A stretch of 64,000 nt of DNA from Nibricoccus sp. (GTDB lineage Bacteria > Verrucomicrobiota > Verrucomicrobiia > Opitutales > Opitutaceae), in NCBI GenBank assembly GCA_047602425.1, contig JASGHG010000001.1, forward strand, positions 1,536,001-1,600,000, read 5' to 3'. The position numbers and the translations under genes were made by a program. Positions 39,154-48,611 of the stretch are shown here, in pieces (positions within the stretch are counted from its first letter, which is position 1; each line of letters starts with the position of its first letter). Below the pieces are notes generated by a model. That model did no database searches. It was not told where the DNA came from and saw only the letters and a program-made list of their open reading frames with translations.

Positions 39154-40170
39154 ATGGGCTCCTACGCACAATTCCGGCAGCTTCTCGTCCTGACTTGTCT
39201 GTTCGCGCTTTTCGGCTGCACGACTCAACAACCTGCCCCTACGCCCAAACCTGCACCGCCCGTCGCGCCTGTGCATGCGCCAAAATTGCCGCCGCCACCA
39301 CCGGCAGTGACCGTGGCACCCTCTGCACCGAAACCGCCACCACCACCACCGCCTGTTCTCACATTGTCCGATGGGCCATGGATAGAAGCCTCTGCCGAAG
39401 AAGCCACCGTCGCGGTGATCGTTACTGTTCGCAGTAATGGGCTTTTTCGCGAACGAACGGGCGTCCACTACCTCCGCCCTGCGCAGAAAAAAATCTACCG
39501 TCTTGTCCAGATTCGAAACAACGCTCCCATTGCACTGGCCCGCAAGGAAGTTCCCGAGGCCTGTTCGGCAACTTTCCATCTGAGTAACAACGAAGCCGAC
39601 CCCGCGGACCACAACTACTCGATCCACTCCACGCTCAAACAAATTCCCGTCGATTCCACGCGCGCCATCACGCTGAACCTCCGCGTCAATTGTCGTGAAA
39701 ACGGCAATACGGACTGCATTGAAGAATCAGTCGTGTTAAATGGTCTCAACCGCACTGAATTCGCCAAAGGTCCCATTCTCGCCATGGTCGAGATTGTCCC
39801 ACCCGAGCGTGCCGTACAGCGTTTGTCCATGGCGGGCGAATCGGCGGCGTCCATCAACAACGATATAAATGCCACGTCGCTTGGAATTGGTTCAAGCGAC
39901 TGGGACCTGCTTCACAAAAAATTCCAGCTAACCGGGCAAGAGTCCCGAATCGCGGGTTGGTTTCAGCTCTCGCTCGACGCATCGATCCAGTTCCCCGACA
40001 TTCGCTTTGCGTGCGGGCTGATTGAGATAAGCGACGACCATTCGATCATGAAACTTCGTGGTCCAGTTCGCATCGAATGGGACGGGCAAACGATGACCTC
40101 GGGCGACGCCGTCATGCGCATTTCACCCGGTACCGTTCAGTTCGAGTCGAGTAACATTCAGGCCAACTAG
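39154..40170 (+). CDS. Hypothetical lipoprotein with proline-rich linker
   Basis: Lipobox LFALFG-C after ATG 39154, then a PAPTPKPAPP...PPPPPP tract. No confident family. Confidence 0.72.
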   Translation: MGSYAQFRQLLVLTCLFALFGCTTQQPAPTPKPAPPVAPVHAPKLPPPPPAVTVAPSAPKPPPPPPPVLTLSDGPWIEASAEEATVAVIVTVRSNGLFRERTGVHYLRPAQKKIYRLVQIRNNAPIALARKEVPEACSATFHLSNNEADPADHNYSIHSTLKQIPVDSTRAITLNLRVNCRENGNTDCIEESVVLNGLNRTEFAKGPILAMVEIVPPERAVQRLSMAGESAASINNDINATSLGIGSSDWDLLHKKFQLTGQESRIAGWFQLSLDASIQFPDIRFACGLIEISDDHSIMKLRGPVRIEWDGQTMTSGDAVMRISPGTVQFESSNIQAN

Positions 40171-40226
40171 ACCGACCGCCAGCGGCAGCCCCACCGCTGC
40201 TCAACTGATTTTTTTTGAATCTCCAC

Positions 40227-40272
40227 TTGACGCAGGGCTCTAAGCAGCTACCTTGTCTGAAAAAGGTAGCTG
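40227..40272 (+). promoter_or_regulatory. Sigma70-like promoter overlapped by a 10-bp perfect inverted repeat (probable PadR operator)
   Basis: TTGACG (40227-40232), 16-nt spacer, TACCTT (40249-40254). Inverted repeat CAGCTACCTT-N8-AAGGTAGCTG at 40245-40272. Confidence 0.6.
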
Positions 40273-40284
40273 GCACTAACACTC

Positions 40285-40608
40285 ATGAGTCTTGACGACA
40301 AATTTTCCGCACTGCGCAAAGGCCTTCTTGAATTCCTTCTGCTGAAGATCATTGCGGCGGACAAAGTCTACGTCGCCGATATCATCAGCCAGTTGCAGGA
40401 CACCGAATTTGCGACCCAGGAAGGCACGCTCTACCCGCTCCTCAGCAAAATGCGGCGCGAAGAACTTCTCAACTACGAGTGGCAGGAATCCGAGGCCGGT
40501 CCGCCGCGCAAATACTATAAACTCACCGCCAAGGGCCGCGAACAACTCCGCGAGCTCAGCGATTATTGGAACACGATCAACGACACCGTAAAAAAACTCG
40601 GCCCATAA
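40285..40608 (+). CDS. PadR-family transcriptional regulator
   Basis: LRKGLLEFLLL, EGTLYPLLSKM, WQESEAGPPRKYYKLT. Confidence 0.94.
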   Translation: MSLDDKFSALRKGLLEFLLLKIIAADKVYVADIISQLQDTEFATQEGTLYPLLSKMRREELLNYEWQESEAGPPRKYYKLTAKGREQLRELSDYWNTINDTVKKLGP

Positions 40609-40633
40609 CTACCTCCTACCCCCTACCCAACTT

Positions 40634-41842
40634 ATGAACAAGGTCATCTCCATCCACCTCTGCGGCGTCGCCTTCCAGCTTGAGGAAAACGGTTACGACG
40701 CCCTGCGTGCCTACCTCGAAAAAGCCGAACGCCAGCTCGGAACCAATCCCGACAAGTCCGAAATCATCGCCGACATCGAACGCGCCATCGCCGACAAATT
40801 CCGAGCCCTGCTTTCCTCGGGGCGCAATGTCGTGCTGTCGGCGGAGGTCGAAGCGGTGATCAAGGAAATGGGACCTGTGACCGACAATTCCGCGGAAGAA
40901 AACTCTTCCCAAAAAACCGAACCACACTCCAACGCCAGCACGGGACCGGACGCCGGTCCCCAGCCGCCCAAACGGCTTTACCTCCTCAAGGACGGCGCAA
41001 TGATTTCCGGCGTTTGTAACGGCCTCGCCGCCTACATCGGCATCGACGTGACGCTTCTGCGATTGGTCGTGGCCATTCTTGTGTTTTTCAGTTTTGGCAC
41101 GGTCGCCGTCGCCTATTTGGTGGCGATGATCATCATTCCCACTGCTGAAACACCCGGCGAAAAAGCGGCTGCCACCGGCCCTGCCCCAAACGCGCAGGAA
41201 TTCATTCGTCGTGCCCGGGAGGGCTACTACCAAGGCCTCAAAACATTCGGTGACCGCGATGCCCGTCGCGCGTGGACACGAAAATTCAAAAGCGAAATGC
41301 GCGGGTGGGAACGCCGCCTTCGCCACGAATACCGCTGGGGCTGGCAACGTCGCGTTCCTCCCGTTCCTCCGGTGCCACCCGTGTCGCCAATGGCCGGGGT
41401 TGCATCCATGCCGCCACCCGAAGGCGCACACGTGATGCTTCCGTTGCTCGCCACGATGAAAGCGATTCTTTTGTTTTTCTGCGTCCTCGCAATTTTATCG
41501 CTTTGCACCTCGGGAACCGTGCTCGGAGTTGCCTTGCCGGGCAATCTGCCCATGTGGGCAGGAATCGTTCTCGTCGTTTTTGCCTACAAAATCCTCGTCG
41601 CGCCCATCAAGGCCATCCGCCGAAACTACTACTATCGCCTAAATGGCTGGCCGGGGACCTGCGGCCCGTTCACGGAGTTCTGGCTGAGCATCCTTCCTTT
41701 CGCGGTGCTCGCCCTGGGTATTTGGATGGCCGATTGCTTCATCCCGGGCTTTCACCACGCGCTGCAGAATTTCCCGTCGTTCTGCCACCATATCGGCGAA
41801 TCGGTCCAGCAATGGTGGAACCAAACTAATCCTCCTCGCTAA
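40634..41842 (+). CDS. PspC-domain membrane protein
   Basis: MNKVISIHL...EIIADIERAIA N-terminus, PspC motif KRLY...MISGVCNGLAAYIGID, further TM helices. Typical padR-pspC pairing. Confidence 0.9.
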   Translation: MNKVISIHLCGVAFQLEENGYDALRAYLEKAERQLGTNPDKSEIIADIERAIADKFRALLSSGRNVVLSAEVEAVIKEMGPVTDNSAEENSSQKTEPHSNASTGPDAGPQPPKRLYLLKDGAMISGVCNGLAAYIGIDVTLLRLVVAILVFFSFGTVAVAYLVAMIIIPTAETPGEKAAATGPAPNAQEFIRRAREGYYQGLKTFGDRDARRAWTRKFKSEMRGWERRLRHEYRWGWQRRVPPVPPVPPVSPMAGVASMPPPEGAHVMLPLLATMKAILLFFCVLAILSLCTSGTVLGVALPGNLPMWAGIVLVVFAYKILVAPIKAIRRNYYYRLNGWPGTCGPFTEFWLSILPFAVLALGIWMADCFIPGFHHALQNFPSFCHHIGESVQQWWNQTNPPR

Positions 41843-41847
41843 ACAGA

Positions 41848-42933
41848 TCAGCCCCGCGCGATTAGGTGCACATTCGGGGCCTTGATCAGTGCCGTCACTT
41901 CGGCGCCAGCCGTCAGTTTCAATTCGTCCACGGCCTGCCGCGTCAGCAGCGCCGTCAGCGGGAAACCGCAATCCAGTTCAACCCGCACAGTCGCAGCCTG
42001 AGAATTGAGGGCCGTCACGCGCGCCGGGAACCGATTGCGCGCGCTCATGCCTTCCGCCGAACCGGCTTTAACCAATAAAACATCTTCGGCGCGAATGCTC
42101 ACGAGAACTTCGCGCGTATTTGCCGGGAGTTGATCGGCCAGCCCGATCAGGCGAGCCGAGCCCACCGCAACAGCAGCCAGCTCGCCTTCGCCACCCAGCA
42201 ATCGGCCGGCGACCACGGTTTCGACTCCAACGATTTGCGCCACTGCCGGACTCCCGGGGCGTCGCAGCACTTCCTCAACCGGTCCCTGCTGCAAGAGCCG
42301 CCCGTCAGCCAACACCGCAATATCGTCACACAACGCCAGGATTTCCTGTGTGACATGGCTGACGTACAAGATCGGCAAACCAAACTCGTCGCGCACGCGT
42401 TGCAGGTAGGGCAAAATCGCCGTTTTGCGCGCCGCATCGAGCGATGCCAGCGGTTCATCGAGCAACAATAACCTCGGCGCAGAGACAAGCGCCCGCGCAA
42501 TGGCCACGCGTTGACGTTCCCCTCCCGACAGCGTCATCGGCTTTCGATGCAGCAAATCTTCAATGCCCAGCACTGAACATATGTGTTCCCGGCGAAAAAT
42601 CGCAGCCTCTGCATCGCCCTTTCTGCGTTCTGCGAATTTCAAATTACCATCCACCGTGAGATGCGGGAACAGCGCGCCGTCCTGTGGAACGAAACCCATG
42701 CCACGTTCTTCCGGCGCCAGATAAATTCCTTTAGCCACGTCGACCAAAACCTTGTCGTCGAGTGCAACTTTGCCCGCCGTGGGCCGCCTAAGGCCGGCAA
42801 CGATCTCGACTAGCGTGGATTTACCCGAACCAGATACTCCAAATAATCCTGTTACTCGCGCGCCGAACTCGGCATCGATTTCCAACGAAAACTCGCCGGC
42901 TTTCAGACGCACGCCCTGCAATGAAAGTTTCAT
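41848..42933 (-). CDS. modC: Molybdate ABC transporter ATP-binding protein with TOBE domain
   Basis: [37 protein letters not shown]...ALIKA. Confidence 0.93.
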   Translation of the reverse strand: MKLSLQGVRLKAGEFSLEIDAEFGARVTGLFGVSGSGKSTLVEIVAGLRRPTAGKVALDDKVLVDVAKGIYLAPEERGMGFVPQDGALFPHLTVDGNLKFAERRKGDAEAAIFRREHICSVLGIEDLLHRKPMTLSGGERQRVAIARALVSAPRLLLLDEPLASLDAARKTAILPYLQRVRDEFGLPILYVSHVTQEILALCDDIAVLADGRLLQQGPVEEVLRRPGSPAVAQIVGVETVVAGRLLGGEGELAAVAVGSARLIGLADQLPANTREVLVSIRAEDVLLVKAGSAEGMSARNRFPARVTALNSQAATVRVELDCGFPLTALLTRQAVDELKLTAGAEVTALIKAPNVHLIARG

Positions 42934-43595
42934 GGCGCGCTCCTCCGTGAAAGCCATTCGCTCAACGCCAAAGCGGCAAAAGCCAGAATCAGGGAGACGC
43001 CGAGCAATCCGACCGCGGCACCGTCGTGGCCAAGTTGCACTTCATGATAAATCCCTAGCGCCAGCGTCACCGTCTCGCCTGGAATCATGCCCGCAATCAT
43101 CACCGTCGCGCCGAATTCCCCCAGCGCCCGGGCAAAGGCCAGCACGCAACCCGCCAACAAACCACGCCGCGCAAGAGGCAGCGTGATCGTGAAAAATATC
43201 CGCCACGGTCCCGCGCCCAGCGTCCGCGCCACCCCTTCGAGCCTCAGCGGCACTTCTTCAAAAGCGACACGTGCCGAACGCACCAAAAGAGGCAATGCCA
43301 TGACCGCCGTAGCCAGAACGACCGCACGCCATGTGAAAACAATGTCGACGCCGAAGGCATCCTGCACAAAGCGCCCGAGCACTCCGCGACGGCCGAACAG
43401 CTTCAACAGGATCAAACCCGTCGCCACAGGTGGAATCACCAAAGGCAACGCCACGATGGTCTCGACCAGCGCCTTGCCCGGCCAGCGCCGCCGCGCGAGC
43501 AGCCATCCCAACGCCACGCCCGGCGGCAAAATCAGCAACGTGCTGAACAGCGCAACGCCGAGCGTGAAGAGAGTGACCTGGACGATTTCGGGCAC
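42930..43595 (-). CDS. modB: Molybdate ABC transporter permease
   Basis: LPLVIPPVATG, ARTLGA, FARALGEFGAT. Confidence 0.94.
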   Translation of the reverse strand: MPEIVQVTLFTLGVALFSTLLILPPGVALGWLLARRRWPGKALVETIVALPLVIPPVATGLILLKLFGRRGVLGRFVQDAFGVDIVFTWRAVVLATAVMALPLLVRSARVAFEEVPLRLEGVARTLGAGPWRIFFTITLPLARRGLLAGCVLAFARALGEFGATVMIAGMIPGETVTLALGIYHEVQLGHDGAAVGLLGVSLILAFAALALSEWLSRRSAP

Positions 43596-43599
43596 GCGC

Positions 43600-44355
43600 T
43601 CAATTCGGAGTCAGAAATCCGGATTTGGCGAACACCTTTTGCGCTTCGGTTCCAGCGAGAAACTCGATCAACGCCTTTGCCGCGTCGGACTGTTTCGATT
43701 CCTTCAGCACAGCGACCGGGTAAATGATTTGGGGTCCTTCAGCCAGCGGCACCTCGAGTGCGATTTTCACTTTTTTCGAACCAAGCGCGTCGGTCTTATA
43801 GACAAAGCCCGCCTCGGCATTTCCCGACTCGACCGCGGCGAGCGCGCCACGCACTGTGTCGAGGGGAACCATTTTATCGACTAGATTTCTCCAATCACCC
43901 GTTTTTTGCAGATACTCCTTGGTGTAGGTGCCAATCGGGACCGTGGCCGGCTCGCCGATCGCGATGCGTCGCACGTCGGTCTTCGCCAGATCGGCCAGCG
44001 TTTTCACCGGTACGCCATCTTCGGCAGCAACAACGACGACCAGTGTATTCGCCAAAAGCATACGCCTCGTGCCTCCCAACAGCAGACCCGCTTTTTCCAG
44101 CTGATCGAGGCGCAATTCGTCGGCGGAGAAAAATAAGTCGGCTGGTGCCCCTTCCTTGATTTGACGCGCCAGCGCGCCCGACGCGCCGAAGTTGAAGCGC
44201 AGCGTATTGCCGGTGGCTTTAGTGTAGAGCGGCGCGACCTCTTTGAGAGCATCCGACAAACTCGCCGCTGCAAAAACCGTGATCTCCGCGGCTGCGGCAG
44301 CAGCCGTTGATAATGCCACAATTAAAAGCGCATAAACCAGGCTGAGCAGTTTCAT
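43600..44355 (-). CDS. modA: Molybdate ABC transporter substrate-binding protein
   Basis: VFAAASL, FGASGALARQIKEGAPADLFFSA, VPIGTY, GFVYKTDA, IIYP. Confidence 0.94.
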   Translation of the reverse strand: MKLLSLVYALLIVALSTAAAAAAEITVFAAASLSDALKEVAPLYTKATGNTLRFNFGASGALARQIKEGAPADLFFSADELRLDQLEKAGLLLGGTRRMLLANTLVVVVAAEDGVPVKTLADLAKTDVRRIAIGEPATVPIGTYTKEYLQKTGDWRNLVDKMVPLDTVRGALAAVESGNAEAGFVYKTDALGSKKVKIALEVPLAEGPQIIYPVAVLKESKQSDAAKALIEFLAGTEAQKVFAKSGFLTPN

Positions 44356-44445
44356 GGACAAAATATTGGGTTTTGTTTGGTTCTTAGCAAACCGGGACCA
44401 GCCGTGATTCGACACCGTGCGACGCAAAGGGCAGCGCTCGGAAAC

Positions 44446-46458
44446 TTATTGGCGTTTCAGACGAACCACCGTCAATGAATTAGCCGGCGCTTCATAGTCG
44501 AAGGAAGGCCCTACGGGGATCTTCGATGTGACCGGTTGCACGACTGGCGGTTTACCGTCTTCGTTGACGACCGAGGCGTCTTGAGCCGCGAGCACGGTCG
44601 CTGTTGCAGTGCTGGCAAGTTTTTGCACGCCGATCAAATCGATGTGGAGTGGCCTGGCTGTCTCGCCGCCGTTGACAAACTTGAGGATGAGATCGCCGGT
44701 CTTGGTGTCGCGCACCGCTGAAGCGGCGAGGGCCATGGACGTTGGTGCACCGTCGATCTTCGTCTCCAGATATTTGTCGCCGCTGTTCACGCCGAAAAGC
44801 TGCTGCACATGATAGTTGATTGTCGGAAATACTTCCGTCCCGTTGAAATAAATTAGATCAGGCCGCCAGTTCGTGTTTTCACGCCGTGCGAGCAGTGGGG
44901 CATAAGAAGCCATCAACACCACGTCTCCGTTGCGCTCCAAGCTGGTCAAATAGGCGGCTTCGGCGATGGCTGAACGCTGCGTGCTCCGGCGTTTATCGTC
45001 GTGAGCGGCGTATTCGCCGACATAGACTTTGGACTTCGTCCGGTCGTACGAATCGTAACGCTGAAGGTTTTCCCAAAACCATTTTGGCGATTTGTAGTAG
45101 TGTTCGTCGACCATGGGAACGCGAAACTCGTCCGCAATCTTCCAGCCTTTTTCGAAATCCTCGCCGTCGGGCATGGGACCAACCGTGCCGATCACGGTGA
45201 TTTCGGGATGCTTTTGCTTCACAACATCGTAGATCATTTTGAAACGCTCTTTGAAAACCGGTGTGATTTCGTCCTCGTTGCCGACGCCGAGATATTCGAG
45301 ATTAAATGGCGCGGGATGTCCCGCCGCCGCGCGCTTCGCACCCCACGTTGAGGTGACAGGCCCGTTGGCCCACTCGATCAAATCGAGCACTTCCTGAATG
45401 TACGCGGGCATTTGTTCGAGCGGCAGTCCGCTTTGGCCGACGCCATGACCCGAATTCTGGCAACACACGCCAGCCGCAACGACCGGCAACGGTTTGGCGC
45501 CAATGTCCTCGCAAAACTGAAAATACTCATAGTAACCCAAACCAACGGTTTGGTGATAACCCCAGAGATTGTATTGCTGGCGGCGCTGTTCGATCGGACC
45601 GATCGTATCCTTCCAGCGGTACATATTGCCCAAACCATTGCCATGAACCAGGCATCCGCCGGGAAAACGCATGAATCTCGGTTTCAGGTCCGCAATGGCC
45701 TGTGCCAGATCCGCACGAAGGCCATTCTGGCGGTTGCGAAAGGTTTTCTGGGGAAAGAGCGAAATGTCGTCGAGGGCCATGCCGCCCGCCGTGTCCGTTA
45801 GCAATACCAGCCGCGCCGCCGGGTCGGTTTGGTTCACCTTAATGGTTCCAGAAAAGCGCCGCCATTCCCGCTCCGAGACAGGAAACGTCGTTTCACCCAG
45901 GACCACGCCGGCTTTCGTTTCCAATCGTACGCTCAAGGGCAACGTCCCGGGTTTCCCCGCCCCGCCCCAGCGACGTCCGATGAATTGTTGACGGGCGAAT
46001 AGGGCCACGTCGTACGTTTCGCCTTCCGTCACCGGGATCCCCGCAAAAAAACCCGAGTTCACCAGACACACGCCATCGCCAGGAGTCTCGTTGGCCAGCA
46101 CCACGTAGTGAGGATTGTTGGGATGGATTGGAAAGGCGTCGTCGACCACGACCGAGCCTTTGGCGTCCCCGCGCTTCACCAGCTCCCAAGCAGTGAGATT
46201 ATTCCAGGTGTTTTGTTTGATCGGCTGAAATTCGAACGAGCGGTTCTGCACCAATTCTGCGTAGAGACCGCCATCGGCCGCATTACTGATGTCTTCGAAA
46301 AATATGCCCATAAGCAGCGGACTGATCGCCTTGCCCTCGCCATCCGCTCGAACAGTGATCGTCGTTTTCTGCCCAAATGCCGCGGCGACATAAAAATTCA
46401 TTGCCAAAAGCGCTGCCAACGAACGAATGGATAGAGACAATATTTTTTTTGGAATCAT
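44446..46458 (-). CDS. Alpha-L-arabinofuranosidase (GH51)
   Basis: GIFFEDIS.AADGGLYAELVQNRSFE, RFPGGC, GVGNE, DEHYY, VGEYA, LERNGDVV.MASYAPL; signal peptide. Confidence 0.93.
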   Translation of the reverse strand: MIPKKILSLSIRSLAALLAMNFYVAAAFGQKTTITVRADGEGKAISPLLMGIFFEDISNAADGGLYAELVQNRSFEFQPIKQNTWNNLTAWELVKRGDAKGSVVVDDAFPIHPNNPHYVVLANETPGDGVCLVNSGFFAGIPVTEGETYDVALFARQQFIGRRWGGAGKPGTLPLSVRLETKAGVVLGETTFPVSEREWRRFSGTIKVNQTDPAARLVLLTDTAGGMALDDISLFPQKTFRNRQNGLRADLAQAIADLKPRFMRFPGGCLVHGNGLGNMYRWKDTIGPIEQRRQQYNLWGYHQTVGLGYYEYFQFCEDIGAKPLPVVAAGVCCQNSGHGVGQSGLPLEQMPAYIQEVLDLIEWANGPVTSTWGAKRAAAGHPAPFNLEYLGVGNEDEITPVFKERFKMIYDVVKQKHPEITVIGTVGPMPDGEDFEKGWKIADEFRVPMVDEHYYKSPKWFWENLQRYDSYDRTKSKVYVGEYAAHDDKRRSTQRSAIAEAAYLTSLERNGDVVLMASYAPLLARRENTNWRPDLIYFNGTEVFPTINYHVQQLFGVNSGDKYLETKIDGAPTSMALAASAVRDTKTGDLILKFVNGGETARPLHIDLIGVQKLASTATATVLAAQDASVVNEDGKPPVVQPVTSKIPVGPSFDYEAPANSLTVVRLKRQ

Positions 46459-46957
46459 GGGATTTTGCGAAGAGAGCAACGACTAAGCGGCGGAAAATTC
46501 CAGGCGTAAACCGAAAGCCACGCCTGACAGTATGACAGGCAACCCCACGAAATGGACATTCGATTTCAGCCAATGCATACCTGTCGCGCCGCCGACGAGA
46601 CGCCCCAAAAACGCCTCCCCAGCTTATCCCCAGTCGACCCATTTGCTTTCCGGAAATTGCTTGTTTAACTGCGCTAAAACCCACCCCTCAACCGTCTCAA
46701 TTTTTGCGCCATTACCTCCGTTTTGACGCTTAAAACCACCCCCACTTCCTAGTCCTGCGATCAGCCCGAGAGCCGCTGCGTACACCCACACCGCGCAGCC
46801 TTTTCTATTGGCCGAGAGCAATTTGCCAGCGACGCCTGCCCAGCCCTTCGGCGTGGAGTCGTTCTACATATCACTCATTTCAAACAGCCTGCGTAAAAAC
46901 TAAACTCCCCACTAGCCGGCTTTGATCAAGTTGGACCACAACCCTTGATCATTCAAA

Positions 46958-47005
46958 GCCGGGGGCCGTTTCCCCTACCCCAAAGCGGCCCCCGGCCCTT
47001 TTTTT
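46958..47005 (+). terminator. Terminator-like hairpin upstream of proA
   Basis: GCCGGGGGCCG/CGGCCCCCGGC (46958-46968/46986-46996) followed by CC and T7. Confidence 0.7.
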
Positions 47006-47090
47006 GTCCACGCTCGCCCAGCCAAACGAATGCGGCGCCGAAAAAAACGTTCGTGCCTTCCGCGCCACCAACGGACAAGCTGCGCGTTCC

Positions 47091-48365
47091 ATGTCCGAAG
47101 TCCTTGCACAACTCGTCACCAAGATCGCCCAACGCGCCCGACAGGCCTCGCTTGTTCTCGCGACTGTTCCGACGGCGCAGAAAAACGAGGCCTTGCTCGA
47201 ACTCGCCGGCCTGATCGACCGCTCACATGCCGAGTTGCTCGAAGCCAACGCCAAAGACTTGGCCGACGCCGAGGCCAACAGCATGACCAAGGCACAGATC
47301 GACCGTCTCACCCTCGACGCGAAACGCCTCGCCCAACTTTCCGAAAGCGTCCGCCAAGTCGCCGCGTTGCCCGATCCCGTGGGCGCCGTCCTCGACGAAA
47401 CCACTCGTCCCAATGGTCTGCGCATTCGCAAAGTCCGCGTGCCTATCGGCGTCATTGGCATCATCTACGAAGCCCGTCCCAACGTCACCATCGACTGCGC
47501 CATTCTCTGCCTGAAGAGCGGCAACGCCTCGATCCTCCGTGGCGGCAAGGAAATCTTCCACACCAACACCGCCTTTGCCCGGCTTCTCACCGCCGCGCTC
47601 GCCCACGCGCGCCTGCCCGCAGACGCCGTGCAACTCATCCCCACAACTGATCGCGCTGCGCTCAACACCCTCCTTAAACTCGATCAATACGTTCACTGCA
47701 TCATTCCCCGCGGTGGCGAGAGTCTCATCCGTTTCGTCACGAGCAATTCCACCATTCCCGTCATCAAGCACTACACCGGCGTGTGCTTTGTCTACGTCGA
47801 TGCGAAGGCCGACCTCGCGATGGCGGAAAAAATCCTCATCAACGCCAAGACCCAGCGCGTCACCGTCTGCAACACCGCCGAACAACTCCTCATCCACAAA
47901 GATATCGCGGAGAAAGCCCTGCCCGTGCTCGCACGCGCTCTCGTTGCGAAAAACGTCCAGCTTCGCTGCGACCCCGCCAGCGCCACCCTGCTCGTCCGCG
48001 AAAAAATTCCCGCCTCGCTCGCGACCGAGGCTGATTTTAAAGCCGAATTTCTCGATTACATCATCGCCGTCCGCATCGTCGATTCGCTCGATACCGCCAT
48101 CGCCACCATCAATCGCGACAGCTCGGCGCACAGCGAAGTGATTGTGACGGTCGACGAAACTGCCGCACGGAAATTCCAGGCCAGCGTCGACAGCTCCGCG
48201 GTCTTCTGGAACGCCTCCACGCGTTTCAACGACGGTTTCGAATTCGGTTTCGGTGCCGAGATCGGCATCAGCACCGACCGCCTCCACGCCCGCGGCCCCA
48301 TGGGGCTGCCCGAGCTCTGCAGCTATAAATACCTCGTCGATGGCAACGGCCAGATCCGCGGCTGA
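47091..48365 (+). CDS. proA: Gamma-glutamyl phosphate reductase
   Basis: VPIGVIGIIYEARPNVT, KSGNASILRGG, IPRGG, VCNTAE, NASTRFNDG.EFGFGAEIGIST.RLHARGPMGL. Confidence 0.96.
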   Translation: MSEVLAQLVTKIAQRARQASLVLATVPTAQKNEALLELAGLIDRSHAELLEANAKDLADAEANSMTKAQIDRLTLDAKRLAQLSESVRQVAALPDPVGAVLDETTRPNGLRIRKVRVPIGVIGIIYEARPNVTIDCAILCLKSGNASILRGGKEIFHTNTAFARLLTAALAHARLPADAVQLIPTTDRAALNTLLKLDQYVHCIIPRGGESLIRFVTSNSTIPVIKHYTGVCFVYVDAKADLAMAEKILINAKTQRVTVCNTAEQLLIHKDIAEKALPVLARALVAKNVQLRCDPASATLLVREKIPASLATEADFKAEFLDYIIAVRIVDSLDTAIATINRDSSAHSEVIVTVDETAARKFQASVDSSAVFWNASTRFNDGFEFGFGAEIGISTDRLHARGPMGLPELCSYKYLVDGNGQIRG

Positions 48366-48382
48366 TCGCCCGGCTGGAATTC

Positions 48383-48560
48383 GCCACAGAGAATACAGAG
48401 CTTGGACACAGAGGTCACAGAGGAAAACCGATCGGCTGCTTCAGCCTCCCACCTCTCCGTCATCAGTGTTCATTAGTGAAAATCAGTGGTAGAAAAACTT
48501 CTGCCTCATCCCTCCCAAAACTCCGTGAAGTCTGTGTCCGAGCTCCGTGCCCTCTGTGGC
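48383..48560. repeat. 40-bp imperfect inverted repeat of CACAGAG units enclosing a second periodic repeat
   Basis: 48383-48422 versus the reverse complement of 48521-48560: 32/40 identical. Inner CATCAGTGTT-CATTAGTGAA-AATCAGTGGT (10-nt period) at 48461-48490. Confidence 0.88.
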
Positions 48561-48611
48561 CCACCTCCGAAAAAAACTAAACTTTCCCGCGCCGCCGCTG
48601 TCTCCATCTCC

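Noticed and set aside
46624..46821. 65-aa ORF in the GH51-proA intergenic region
   Set aside because: No recognisable motif, a non-ATG start and atypical codon usage, so it cannot be supported.
48383..48560. CRISPR array
   Set aside because: The repeats are short, degenerate and inverted, with no constant-length unique spacers and no cas genes. The same applies to the heptamer tract at 53243.
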